DNA of 64,000 nucleotides from the human T2T-CHM13v2.0 reference genome, Homo sapiens. The stretch's first letter is position 1, and each line of letters starts with the position of its first letter. Made by a program: the position numbers and the translations under genes. Below, piece after piece: positions 49,956-64,000 of this stretch. Where the stretch lies: assembly GCF_009914755.1 (NCBI RefSeq), contig NC_060947.1; one strand, written 5' to 3'. The notes under the pieces were generated by a model. The model was not told the origin of the DNA. It saw only the letters and a program-made list of their open reading frames with translations, and made no database searches.

Positions 49956-50834
49956 GCGCTGGCTCTCCCAGTCACTAGTTGGGGGGGCCTTGTGCCTGTC
50001 ATCAAAGTCCTCTGAAACTCAATTTCTCTGACTATGAAATAGGCATTAGAATCCCTCCCCTGTTGCCTTCCAGGGCCACTGTGAGGCTCAAATAATAGAC
50101 TATTTTTCAAGTCCTTTGCAAGTGGTATGATGCAAGTGTGAGTTATTAGGTATGCCAAAACTTAGTCGGAAAAAGACGTCAAGGGCCTTTTTCTGAAATT
50201 ATTTTGTCACTTAAATCAGACACATTCTAGATCCGAATGTTAGCTCCTAGGCTCATTTTGTGTCAAAGTTCTAATGAAGCATTAACCATGGGGCTATTGT
50301 TACAAAGGAAACAACTGCTTACGGTTTCATTTCCTAGAAACCCAGATGTCTATTTTAATGCAAACCTATGCCCACATCTGTCTTTGCCCCTTGATGGGTG
50401 GCATAATGGGAATGATAGTAATACAGAGAGCTCACATTTCTTGACCACTCAACTATCATGCTGAGGGCTAGATAGACATGATTCTATTTTGGCCTCAAAG
50501 TAGCCCTATAAGGTAGAGATAACGAAACTGGGGCTTTGAGAGGTTAAGGAGCTTGGGTGGCTCTGAAAGCTGTGCTGAAGACTCTTCTGTTCTTCCTAGA
50601 CCAAGCCCAGCACACACGCAATAAAGATGAGGTTGGATATGATGGCTTCCTACTCAAGTACAAAGGGGAAATAGTATATCTTTTCTAAGAAAAGACGTGA
50701 AAATAATTTTCAATATAAGAAATTCAAAAGGCAAAAAAGCACAGGGAAAATATTCAACTGTATTGAGTCATATGGCAGATCCTTTGATCTAGAGATTACA
50801 CTTTTAGAAACTCTTCTTAAAGAAGTGACCATGA

Positions 50835-51250
50835 GACTGGATAAAAAAATGTGGCACATATACACCATGGAATACTATGCAGCCATAAAAAGGAATGAGA
50901 TCATGTCCTTTGCAGGGACATTGATGAAGCTGGAAGCCATTATCCTCAGCAAACTAACACAGGAACAAAAAACCAAACACCGCATGTTCTCACTTATAAG
51001 TGGGAGCTGAACAGTGAGAACACATGGACACAGGGAGGGGAACAACACTCACTGAGGCCTGTAGGAGGAGGGTGGGGCAGGAGAGAGCATTAGGGTAAAA
51101 AGCTAATGCATGCTGGGCTTAATACCTAGGTGATGGGTTGATCTGTGCAGCAAACCACCATGGCACGTTTAACTATGTAACAAACCTGCACATCCTGCAC
51201 ATGTACCCCAGAACTTAAAAAAACAAGCAATAAAATAATTTTAAAAAAAC
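50835..51250 (+). mobile_element. 5'-truncated L1PA (older, about PA8-PA13-like) 3' fragment
   Basis: [26 protein letters not shown]...[10 protein letters not shown], 3' UTR and A-tail; TSD aaagaagtga. Confidence 0.85.
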
Positions 51251-52067
51251 AAAAGAAGTGATCGTGGACATGGAAAACTATTTACCAAGATGGTCAGTGC
51301 AGCCAGGCAAAAAAAAAAAAAAAAAAAAAATCATGTCCCATGTTGGGAAGGGGTGAATTAATTGTAGTAGACTCATTAAATGGAATATTATGTAATCATC
51401 AAATCATGTTTTTTAAAATAATACTGAATGACCTAAGAAAGCACTCATGGTATAATGTTAAATGAAAAAAGCAAGCTAGAAATGGATAAGTACCGTGTAT
51501 TCCTCATGTTTTTACTGCACCTGCTAGGCAAATACTAGATGCTCACTAAATGTTGGATAATCTGTGATGATGGTTTACATAAACACATGTGTTGCATATT
51601 CTAATTTCATTCAACATCCCTACTTTATAACCATTTTACAGTTGGCAAATCAGAGGCTCATGAGGTCAAGTGATTTATGAAAGTCAGAGAGCTCTTACAT
51701 GACAGAACAAGGACTTAAAACCAAATTTTTGTACTGACAAAGCCTTGGCTGTTACTAGAATGCTTCTCACCATGTGAAATAGATGCAGGGATGGGAAATT
51801 ACTATTAGAAGGGACCATCTCCCAAAATGTCAATAGTGGTTCAGCAAATTTAAAAGTAAAAATATTATTCTGCTCTTAACCTATAGGAAATTTCTTTATG
51901 GCTAAAAAAAGGTTATTAAGTAATCAATTTATTAAATTAATACAATCTGATTATTTAAAAATTTGGAACGCTGTACTAAAATTAAAAATCATCATTACAG
52001 ATTAACCAGCCAGTACCTCTGCACCCCAAGAATAAATAATGTATATCCCCGAAACTCACCGAAGTTT

Positions 52068-52400
52068 AGGGCTGGGGTTGGCAAACTATGGCCCATGGGC
52101 TATATCCCACCTGCTGTACAGCTCATGAGCTAAGGGGTTTTTTTTTAATTGTTGTTTTTAAAAGACTGAAAAATATCAGAGCAAAATTACTATTTTGTGA
52201 CATATAAAAGTTACATTCAAGTTTCAGTGTTTACAAATGGTTTTATTGTTTGAGTATTTGTTTACTTATTGTTGATAAGTGCTTTTGCACTACGATGGCA
52301 AACTATTCAAGGAGTTGGGTAGTGTGACAGAGAACCTGATGGCCTGCAAAGATTAAACCATTTACTAACTGGCCCTTTACAGAAAAAGTACGTCAGGCCG
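52068..52400 (+). mobile_element. MER58-family fossil
   Basis: ggggttggcaaactatggcccatgggc...tggccctttacagaaaaag. Confidence 0.7.
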
Positions 52401-53664
52401 GGGCTTATAGAAAACAAAGGGATAAGGTATAAGGTCAAATAGGTTTGAGAGCCCTATGGTCTTTGGTGACTGTTGTGATGCATAATAGCTGTTGAGTTCC
52501 TAATTTATGTAAGACAACTTTATATCCTTTTATTCTTTTAGTTTGAAAACTAAGTCTGTTGGGCTAAAATGATAGGAAGTAAATGATAACTCTCTCCTTT
52601 TTTTAAAAAAAAGCAAGTGGTTTACAACCTTGTACTTAAACGTTTTGGTGACATAATGAAACTGATATTCATGGTATTTGTACTTTACAGAGATTAAACT
52701 AAAATTAAAAATATTTCAAAATTCACAAATAGGGGATATTTGTTAATAAATCTATTTGGGAAATTCCTAGCAGAGGCTCAGTCTATAAAATGAATAGCAT
52801 TTCAGCAACTTCCCTTATTCACAGTGCTTGGTTATTCTCTAGGGAGACATACACAACACATCTCTAGTTACCAAACAATTCAGTGTGATATAAACATGGC
52901 AAAAAGTCAATGAATTTGAGGGCAAGGTTTCCAGCAATCGCCCCGGCCATTGCTTACTTCTTCCATGCCCTTTCTAAGTTTTCTTCAGCCAGGCAGCCAT
53001 CCCCTCTGGTTTCTCCCAGACCCCCGCTGCAGGCTCCCCGCCATCACAGAAAGCCCCTCGCTCACACGTCTTGGCTCAAGCAACTCTTTGTCTTAGAAAT
53101 GCAGATCCCAACATTTCCTTTTAAACTCAGGCAACTTGGCTTTTTTCTGCTCTGTGATCTTGAAAGTCGCTTGGAGGAACAGCTGAGTGCATGGGGCTGT
53201 TGTCCTCTCAGGGCTGACATGTTGTAGCCCAGGGGGTGCCCAGGGGCCTTTCTGACTGGTTGGTTAGTTGGGTAAAAGAGTAGAGTCAGGAGAGCAGGAA
53301 ATCCTTTCTTAACTCACTATAAAAATACAAGCGTTCCCCAGGCCTCAAATAGTCTCATCTCAAGATAAATTTCCTTTTGCCAAGATTGCTGCTGAAAATA
53401 ATCCATTGTAGCCAGATAATAGCTATGCAAAGAATATATAATAGACTGGCAGGGGCATGCCTACCGATTCAATACAGAAAGGTGAGGGTTTCATTTGCTG
53501 GGGTGTAGTGGGTGGGAGAATTCCTTATTGCAATCACACTCTACTTCTCCATCCAGAAAACTCTCCAACCCTCCTGGAGGACTCTCCATTTTCTCCTCTT
53601 TCTCCTCCTTGTGTACCTACCTAGACCATCTGCTCCCATATGTCCTGTCTGACTTCCTGTTCCA

Positions 53665-54010
53665 GTTACCTATCACTGCGTAAGAGATCACCTCAAAATG
53701 CAATGGCTTCAAACAACAACAATCATATACTGCTTTCTATCATGGGTCCAGGAGTTGACTGGACTCATTAGGCAGCTCTCCCACAGGGTCTCTCTTGGGG
53801 TGGCAGTCAGGCGGTGACTGCGACTGGAATCACCTGAAGACTCACTCTCCAGGTCTGATGCCTGGGCTAGGAGACTCAACAGCTAGGTGCCGAAGCAGCT
53901 GCAGCTCCTCAAGTGTCTCTGTCTCCATGTGGTCTCTCTAATATGGTGGTTGTCGTATAGCCAGGCTTCTTACAAGGGTGATGACTCAGGACTCCAAAGC
54001 AAGTGGGTGA
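53665..54010 (-). mobile_element. MLT1-like LTR remnant
   Basis: caaaatgcaatggcttcaaacaacaac...ggctaggagactcaac. Confidence 0.5.
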
Positions 54011-54269
54011 GAGAAAGGGAGAGAGGGAGAAACAGGGAGAGAGAGAGAGAAAGTGTGTGTGTGCCAGTACGCGCGAGGTGAAAGCTGTATTGCCTGTGAA
54101 CTACCCACCATGTCTTTCGTCCTCTTGACAGGAAACCTCCTAGAAATGTTTGCTGTCTCCAAATCCCTCTCCTTACGTTCTTCCAAGAACTTTGAAGTCA
54201 TATTTTATGTAGCTACTCCTTCAAAACATATCTGGTGTTCGGCCAGTTCTTACGCCCTCCAGCACTGCT

Positions 54270-54970
54270 ACCTGGGACTTCTGCTTGAATGACTGTAATA
54301 GCCTCTCAACTAGTCTCCCTGCTTTCACCCTTGCCCCTCACTGTCTATTCTCAACACAGCAGCCAGCAGCATCCTTCTCAAATGTAAGTCAGACCAACTG
54401 ATTGTCAGCTCAAAAATTTGCAATGCATCTGCATTCCACCCAGAGCAGAGACCGCCATCCATGGAATGGTAGAGAAAGCCCAACATGCTCAGGGACACTC
54501 CCTCTCTGACTTCATCTCCTATTGTTCTCCTACACCCCCTGCTTCAGCAATATTGGCCCCGTTGCCATTTTTGTGAATATTCTAGCATGTTTTCACCTTG
54601 GGGCCTTTGCTCCAGGCTAATCCATCTGTCTGGAATGCATTTCCCCTGGATGTCTGTTATGGATGACTTTGTCCTTTCCTTGAGGTCTTTGTTTAGATAT
54701 CAACTTCTTAATGATGCCTATCCAAGCTGCCCTATTTATCGTCACAATCCTACCCCACATTCCTGATCCTTTTCACTCTGCCCTGTTTTCTTTTTCAGTA
54801 ACACTTATCACTTGACATGCAATATCATTTCTGACAGTTATATATTTTTGTGATTATTTAGAGAACATAAGCTATAGTTGAGTGGAAATCTTTTCTATTT
54901 TGTCCACTGATGTCCCAAACACCTAGAGAAGTACCTGGCATGTTGCAGGCATCAATAAATACTTGTTGAA
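54270..54970 (+). mobile_element. L2 3' fragment
   Basis: ggcctttgctc...tctggaatgc...cctagagaagtacctggcat...caataaatacttgttgaat. Confidence 0.65.
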
Positions 54971-55515
54971 TTTTTCCTTTTTCACAATTTCCTTCTACGT
55001 TGTTATGATGAGATCTTATTTCCTCTGTAATTTGATTTTAAAAGTTTTAATAAAAAACAATACATATTATTTATGATAAAAAGTCAAAGAGTAGAGAAGG
55101 GTATAACATAAAAATAGAAGTCCCCCTCTTCCCAGGGAAGGCCCCTTTATACCACTGCCCAGAAGAAATTGCTATTAAAGGTTTCTTGTGTATTCTTTCC
55201 TACTTTTCTCTGCAAATACAAATATATGCATATATATTTATCATAAATGCATTATATGTTATATGTTATTTTAATGCTGCTTTAAAAATCCCCTTTATTT
55301 TTTGTAACTTAGTAGTAGATCATGCATAGCTTTTTATGTCGATACCCACAGCTCTACCACATTCTTTTTAAGGGACATTTGATATTTTACTATTGGTAGT
55401 TTCCCATTTTTAACCATTCTCTCAAATCAATGGATTGTCATGTAATTCTTCCTATTCTTACTATTTCAGAAAGCTGAATCAAACTAGCAAAATAGTTTTA
55501 TCTAAAGACATATAA

Positions 55516-55820
<305 letters not shown>

Positions 55821-56974
55821 TAAAGACATATAATGCTTACTTTAAAGAAAAACAAAACAAAACATGTACTAGTTATTTTTTTCCTCCCTCTGTGGAATTC
55901 TTAGAAGGTTTATGGTAGTTTGAAGCTTTGCATGGACCATTTTGAAACAGCAGCAGCCTGAGGTTCCAGGGGGTTATGAAGACTCCCAGCTGAGGACAGA
56001 CCCTGGCAGATAAGTTTCAGGGGGCTCTACACCAACCATTAGAGTCATAGAATAAGCACAATAGAAAAGGACCATTAAGGTCAGTTAGCCAAACTCCAGA
56101 GTTTGTTGATGAGAAAGTCAAGGTTCAGGATAATTCAGTTGGTAGCCCTGTAGCAGACAGAGAGACTGAAAACAAATCTGACTTTCAGTTCACGTGGTGC
56201 TAACCCCTAGAATAAATAAACACGAGGAGAAATCAGACTAATCCCAGTCTTCTTCTAACTTGTCACAAGACACAAACCACTTACCTTCACTTCCTCATTT
56301 TTTCCATCTAATAGTTCCCAGTTATATACATGTCCTTCTCACTCCTCTGATTGCAACCAGACATCTCTTACAAGTTTACAAAGTTTTGAAGATAAAAACG
56401 CTATTTGGAAAGCGTAAAGTTAAAAACAGCTTGGTAAATGTTTTTTTTTTTTTCTATTAGTAATTCGATCTCTACAACTGTAAATATTGTGGTAGGAATC
56501 TAATACAGATCTAAAATCAGTAAAATTCAATCTTGAATATGGGCTTCAGTCCTGCCATCAAAATAGTGCATCCAGGTGGATAGGTTTTGCCACCTTGAAG
56601 AGTTGTTTATTCAAACTTTTGTTTGAAGAGTAGGAAAGCAGTGTTACCTTTAGGCCTGACTTAGCCCTTGCCCCACAATCTATTGTTTTTTCTCACCATA
56701 GATTTCCCTGACAGCAGAGAGAGAGTTCTGTGCTCAAGAGATACACACAGCTTCTGACAATAGAGCAGCAGAGTATTTGGTTCCTAATTGAGCAGGAATG
56801 GTGTTTGACTCATCATCATTTCCCTACTTTGTCTAGCACAGTACCTTGCACAGAGTAGATTCTCAATAATGTTTGTTGAATGACTGTGGGAGCATATAAT
56901 TCATAATGGAGACAAAGCTCAATGAGGCTTTAAATTTCTAAATCCACAAAATGCCCTCATGTAACATTGCTGGA

Positions 56975-57766
<792 letters not shown>

Positions 57767-59752
57767 TAAAAACAAACCAATTTCTCTATGCCCCAAAACC
57801 GCTAAGTAGCACAAAATAGAAACATTAGAGTACCAAGAATACTTGAACTGAAAAGGAAATTAATCAAAATGCAGACACACATTATACCAAGTGCATTTGC
57901 TGTAGCTGTGTAAGGCAACTTGAATAGAATTGGTCAACAATGAGTCTGAATCTTGGTTTGAAATTGCCTGTCTGATCTCTGCTTCCTCATCAGTAAAATG
58001 AGAATATTTATATGGCCTTTCAACTTCAGTGTGAGGGATCAATGATGTAATATAAACAACAAGTCTGCCTTAGAACCTGGCACACCATAAGTAATAAAAG
58101 GCAGCCAATATTTTAAAAAATACACAAATCATGGTCTGATGGCTGTCCAATATAAATTCTCTATTTTCCATTTTAACTAAAGAGACGATATATTGAGAAA
58201 ATAGAAACACCTGTGTGTATGAAATCACCCATTCCCATTTTTACAATAATTAGTTTGCTAATTGAGCATCCAAATTTACCCAGTGTATTTGCATGTGTAA
58301 TTAGCTGTGATTCAATACCAAAGCCAGGCCTATCATGGTATACTATGCTATTTTACAAGTCAAATTACTGAAAGATGCATGTCTTTAGGCAATCATTACA
58401 AATAAAAAAAAAAAAACCGAAGCAAAACAAAATAACATAGATTATTTGTATCAGATGGACAAAACAGACCTGGCTTGATGCCGAACCCTTAAATCTCAAA
58501 ATAACGATAGTTGAAGCTAAGGTTCCAGCTTAAGTCTGAAGCAGGTAGTTTCCAATGGCTTGAAAGGAGAAATTTCTACACTGAAGGAAATTTCCATTGG
58601 AATAAAGGAATATTTCACACTTTTAAGTCATCTTCTCTAGATGGTCTTTTGGGTATACTTTCTCTTTAAATAACAGATTTAGAAGCACTTTGTTCATTTG
58701 TTTAGAATTAATTCCATTCACAAGTTTAACACAGCCTAAGGTTTGGTCTAGACCAGGGGTCTGCCAGCTATGACCTCTGGGCTAAATCTGTCCCTTCACC
58801 TGCTTTTTTTTTTTTTTTTTTCCAACCTGTGAGCTAAGAATGGGTTTTACTATTCTAATAAATAGTGAGTTCATTTTTCTCCCTCACCTGCTTGATCAGA
58901 GCCCAACTTTCTCATTGCAGTTAATCTTCCTTCTGGCATGGATCTTGGAATGCAAACTTGCTGGGATCTCCGAGTTCCAGGCTTCCCGTGCAGCCGGTGT
59001 GGAGAGCCAAGAGATGTTTTGTTTGGCATAAAGCATTCCAAGGGTCAGTGGGCTTGGGCTCAACTATTGAGCATAGGACAAGGGCAGCCCCATCCTGACT
59101 GTGACTCTTCCCACAAGAGACAAACGAGCTCTGTGCTTTCACTGGGGTTTCAGGTTCAAAGGGACAGAGCGTCTGAGAAAAAGGATTATGAAAGAGTCCG
59201 TCTGCAGCTCCACTTCCCGTGCCCTTCCAATGATACCATCCTCGTTTCTTCTGTGGCATGCTCCCCACTTCAATCCTTCCTTCAGAGGCCCCAAACCCTC
59301 CTGGTCTCTCCTTGTCACCTTGTGAAAATCTGATCTTCAGGGAAAAATTCCTTACTATTTATACTAGTATAATGTGAATCTTCTATGGGATTTTAAGAAA
59401 GTTCAAAGCCTTGGTTTACTCAGCAAATATTTAGCTTGCACTCACTATGTGGCGGGCATCCTAATGATGGAGTATATGTAAAGACAAAAAAAGTTTCCGG
59501 ACCTCAAAGTGTTCTCCATCTATAGGGGCAGATGACTGAGTTGACATCTCGAGAAGTAGAATAGCAGAGTGGCTAAGAGTGCCAGCTCTGTCTCAATCAC
59601 CTAGGTCTCACCTCAGCATTAATTTCACTTTCCTCATTGTAAATGAGCATATCTCTTAGAATTGGGATAAGCATTAAATAATATAGACTTGGAATGAATT
59701 TGCTTAGAACTAATTCCATGCACAAGTTTATCACAGCCTAAGGTTTGGTCTA

Positions 59753-60165
59753 GACCAGAGGTCTGCCAAGTATGACCTGTGGGCTCAATCTGTCCCACTA
59801 CCTATTGTTGTTGTTGCTGTTGTTTTTTAATGACCTGTGAGCTAAGAATGGGTTTTACTATTCTAATTAGTTACATTCTCAATGGTTATTTAAGTACCTC
59901 CATAATATCCTCAATTTTGCCTAAAATATTTACCATCTGGCCCTTTACAGAATAAGTTTGCTGACTTATTGGTCTGGACCAATGCTATCTAATAAAACTT
60001 TCTGCAATGATGAAAATGGTCTCTATCTGTACCCTTGAATACAGCAGCCACTAGCCTAATGTGGCTTTTTGAGCTCTTGAAATATAGTTAGTGTGACTAA
60101 GAGATTGAATTTTAATTAATTTAAATTTATGGAGCCACATGTGACTATGACATTAGAGCAGCTCT
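59753..60165 (+). mobile_element. MER58-family element followed by a MER3-like element
   Basis: cagaggtctgccaagtatgacctgtgggc...tggccctttacagaataagtttgctgac, then ctttctgcaatgatgaaaat...gcagccactagcc. Confidence 0.6.
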
Positions 60166-62421
60166 AGACAGCCTGAAGTCTAAAGACTCTATGCTTTGTC
60201 GGTGCTCCCCTCTCTCAATTGAATCAACTACCCTGAGGCTGCATGAGTCAAGGGGAAGGCCACACTCTTCAATCAGATTTTTTGCCCTGGACTGGCTTTC
60301 ATTGTCTACTAGAAAATGCTTAATGGGAAGTGCTTAGAAAATGTACATGGGCATACACTTAATTAATCTAAGTTGCTGCTTTGTCTGTATCCATTAAATC
60401 TGCTTTATTTTGGGGTAAACTACAGTAGAAGTTGGCTTTTTCAACCCTGCAAAGCCTTAAAATTCAGGATGTCTTACTCAACTTAAAGTGTAGAGTTGCA
60501 GCCAGAGCACAACTGTATTTCCTTCTAGCCCTGCTTGCAGAATGGCTAACTTCAGTCCTATTTCATTTCTCTTGTAAGACTGCTAAAAACAGTAAGAAGC
60601 CACCAACATCATTATGAATATTGCCAAATCATTTCGCCTAAGAGTAAAGTCACAGTTGGCATGTGTTCTGCCCTCCAAGACAAGATAGCATAGGTGACAG
60701 TTTTATCAGATATCTTGTGATGGCATAATATAGGCCACCCAGCTTTCCAGCCTCTGATATCTGAGTCTTCCCAATAGCCTGATGACATCCGCATCACATA
60801 TTTTAGGTTCGCTCATGGACAGTAACTTATTTCCAAATTCTATACTGGTTAAAATTAGGTTTGCATTTGTGCAATAGAAAATCCAATTGACATTGGCTTA
60901 GCATAACAATTTTTTGATTTCTCATAAACTCTTGGCAGTCAGCAGGTCCAAGCCATTATTTCTGCTCTGCTCTCTGAGGTCATATAAGGAAGGATCTGGA
61001 TGCTCTGGGTCATCTACGTCATCTAACTGGTTGCTGTGCCATCCCTAGCTCATTTTTCTCATGTGCATTGCCCAAGATGGCTGGCTACAACATCCACATT
61101 ACAAGAAGCCAGGTGGAAGCAGACAGGAGAAAGAGGAGAAAGGGGAACTGCCCCACCGTTTAAGGACATGTCCCAGAAACTGTACACCTCACTTCCTCCC
61201 AAATTTCACTGGCTATCACTTAGTCATATAGCCACACTTAGCTGCAAGTGTGTCTGGGAGATATAATTATTTTTCACAGTGGTATATGCCCAACTACAAA
61301 TGGAGGTTCTGTCATTATGAGATGAGAGAAAGGCAGAAAACATGTTGAGAGATGTGTAGCAATCTCTGGACTCCACGGGGATAAAAAAGAATTGAGAGTA
61401 TCAAAATTCAGGATCAAAATCAAAATTAAAGATAAAAAATATCAATAACTATCACCTGGAATAAGAACAACGTACAGTTCAGCTACACATATACAAGTGG
61501 CAGCATCTTGTCTGGAAGGAACTAATGGTCTTTCTACATTGTATTTTAGATATGTATTTTTTTTTCTCCCTTCCACAGGATTTTGAGCTCCTTAAGGGCA
61601 GAGACTTTGTGTCTCCTGCTCCTAGTAGGCATCCAACACGTATCTGTCAACTGAAAGAATGAATATGAGTCAGTAGATACATATTAGAATTCTAATATCC
61701 ACTGGCTGGGTCCTTGGTGTGTCCCATATTGTTGTTTCTGTGTCCATCATTCTTTTGCAGGGTATCTTCTACTGGGCACAGAACCTGCCTCAGAGGGGCA
61801 TATGGGTAATGAACTACCAAGAAAGGAGTAGAACCCAGTTCTTCCAACCCTCCACCCAGAGTGCTTTTCACAACCTCATGTGTAATAAGTGCAGTAGGAG
61901 ATGAGAGGAGGGAGTGATTACTTCTGTCTGGTTTGATCCCAGAAGGTTTTTTGAAGAAAGTGTTTTTGAATGAGACATTATGAAAACAGAGCTTCTTAAA
62001 CCTTTTCCCCCAAGGAATCCCTGGGCAGATAGAAGAGACAGAAATCTGACCTCTGCTTAGTCTGGGGGTATAGACTGAAGGAACCTACTCAAAGGAGAAA
62101 TTTTTCTCATTTTTCTTTACTTCACGATTCATATATGCAGGCATTCATTCTTTCATTCATGTATCTCACAGACATAACGAGGTCCTAATTAAGTGCCAGG
62201 CATTGTTTTACATGAGACCACAAGAGGCCCTACCCTCTTGCAGCTTACATTCTTGTACAGAATAGACATCATACGAATAAGCAACATAAATCATCAAGAT
62301 AATTTCTGACCGTGGTAAGGGCTATGACCGAAATCAAACAGGGTAGTCAGTTACAGAGTGCATATACCTCTCTGTGCCTCAGTTGACTCATCTGTAAAAT
62401 GGAGATAATAATAGAGGTCTA

Positions 62422-62781
<360 letters not shown>

Positions 62782-62841
62782 TCAGTTGATTGCAAACATA
62801 ATATGATCTGAATGCATTTGGAGGTAGATCTTGACCTGAAC

Positions 62842-63087
62842 TGAAGTTATTTATTCTTTTTAATAAATAAATGAGTTATTTATTCTTTTTAATAAATAAA
62901 TGAGTCATTTATTCTTTTTAATAAATGAGTTATTCTTTTTAATAAATAATAAACTGAGTTATTTATTCTTTTTAATAAATAATAAATAACTGAGTTATTT
63001 ATTCTTTTTAATAAATAATAAATGAGTTATTTATTCTTTTTAATAAATAATAAATAACTGAGTTATTTATTCTTTTTTTTTTAATAA
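62842..63087. repeat. AT-rich minisatellite, about 8 units of 25-36 bp, inside a Tigger-like fossil (about 62745-63283)
   Basis: Unit gagttatttattctttttaataaat(aa/aat)n; Tigger-type end tttcggataagggattgaagacctgta. Confidence 0.85.
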
Positions 63088-64000
63088 TTCCACTTAGAGT
63101 GGACAATCCTATATGTCACTGCGGAAATTTTGTGTGTTTGATTATGGAATGCTGCCCCAGGCCTCAATAGTTATTACATAATTTAGGGTACATGTAGCGT
63201 ATTACCTTCTAAAATTTGAAAAATTCCGAATTCCAAAACACATGTAGCACCAAAGGTTTCGGATAAGGGATTGAAGACCTGTAGTATCCATTATTGTGAG
63301 GATTAAATGAATGAATATATGGAAAACACTTAAAATGATGCCTGGCATGTGGTAAGTGCTACGTAAGTTAACTACTATTACTATTATTATCACTATTCTT
63401 ACATGAGAAGATATTTAGATAAGTTGGTCAGGGAAAGCCTCTCTGAGGATGTGTCACTTGAATAGGCAACTAAGGGGTGGTAATGACCGGGCTGTGGGAA
63501 GAGGAGGAGAAAGATGATTTCAGGAATAGGAAACAGCAAGTGCCAAGACTGTGGTGGTTACAAGGCTGGCTTGAATGCAGAACAGAAAACAGACCAGATG
63601 GCTGATATGTGGTAAAGGAGGGGAAAGATGGCTCAAGGTCAGAGAGGTAGGCTGAAGTCAGAACACCCTTGATATAAGCAATGGTAGAGACTTTGGATTT
63701 CATTTAAAGTGTAATAGGAAGACATTATAGTTGATCTGATTCAGGTTTATAAAGAACGCTCTGATGCTGTTGGATGAATGAATTATAGAGGAGAAGGGGG
63801 AGCAGGGAGAGCAATTTGGAGTCTAGCATAGTGGTCCAGATGAGACCTAATGACTAATTGGAGTTGGGAGGTGGTAATAGTCAAAGAGAAAAGTGGACAG
63901 GTGCGAGAAAAAAGTTTAGAAATAAGTGGGGGGCGGGGGAGGTTTTCTGATTAATTTGCATTCTAATTTATAATATGTCACTGTGTAGAGGCTAAAAATT

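Noticed and set aside
62842-63087. CRISPR-like array
   Set aside because: No unique spacers and a eukaryotic context; it is a minisatellite.

Overview
Primate genomic DNA, most likely human because it carries an AluYa5. It matches the Xp22 PRPS2-TLR7 interval. The + strand holds the last three coding exons and 3' UTR of PRPS2 (about 1-5.7 kb) and TLR7 exons 1-2 plus much of intron 2 (from about 48.55 kb); the main TLR7 coding exon lies beyond the window. The intergenic region has two processed pseudogenes (PSMA6-derived, +; MRPL35-derived, -), three full-length co-oriented L1PA elements on the - strand, many Alus, LTRs and DNA-transposon fossils. Most notable: (i) a 7.9-kb L1 insertion whose target-site duplication encloses about 1.7 kb of non-L1 sequence plus a second L1 3' end (apparent 3' transduction or templated insertion); (ii) shared non-consensus variants, including an identical nonsense codon, among L1s of different apparent subfamilies (probable ectopic gene conversion); (iii) a spliced 36-codon TLR7 uORF that stops 2 nt before the main ATG and would be in frame with exon 3 if exon 2 were skipped; (iv) an L1 antisense promoter/ORF0 remnant with a phase-0 donor pointing at TLR7. 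Gene and repeat-family names come from recognition by eye and recall, not from a database search. There is no evidence for a novel protein-coding system.
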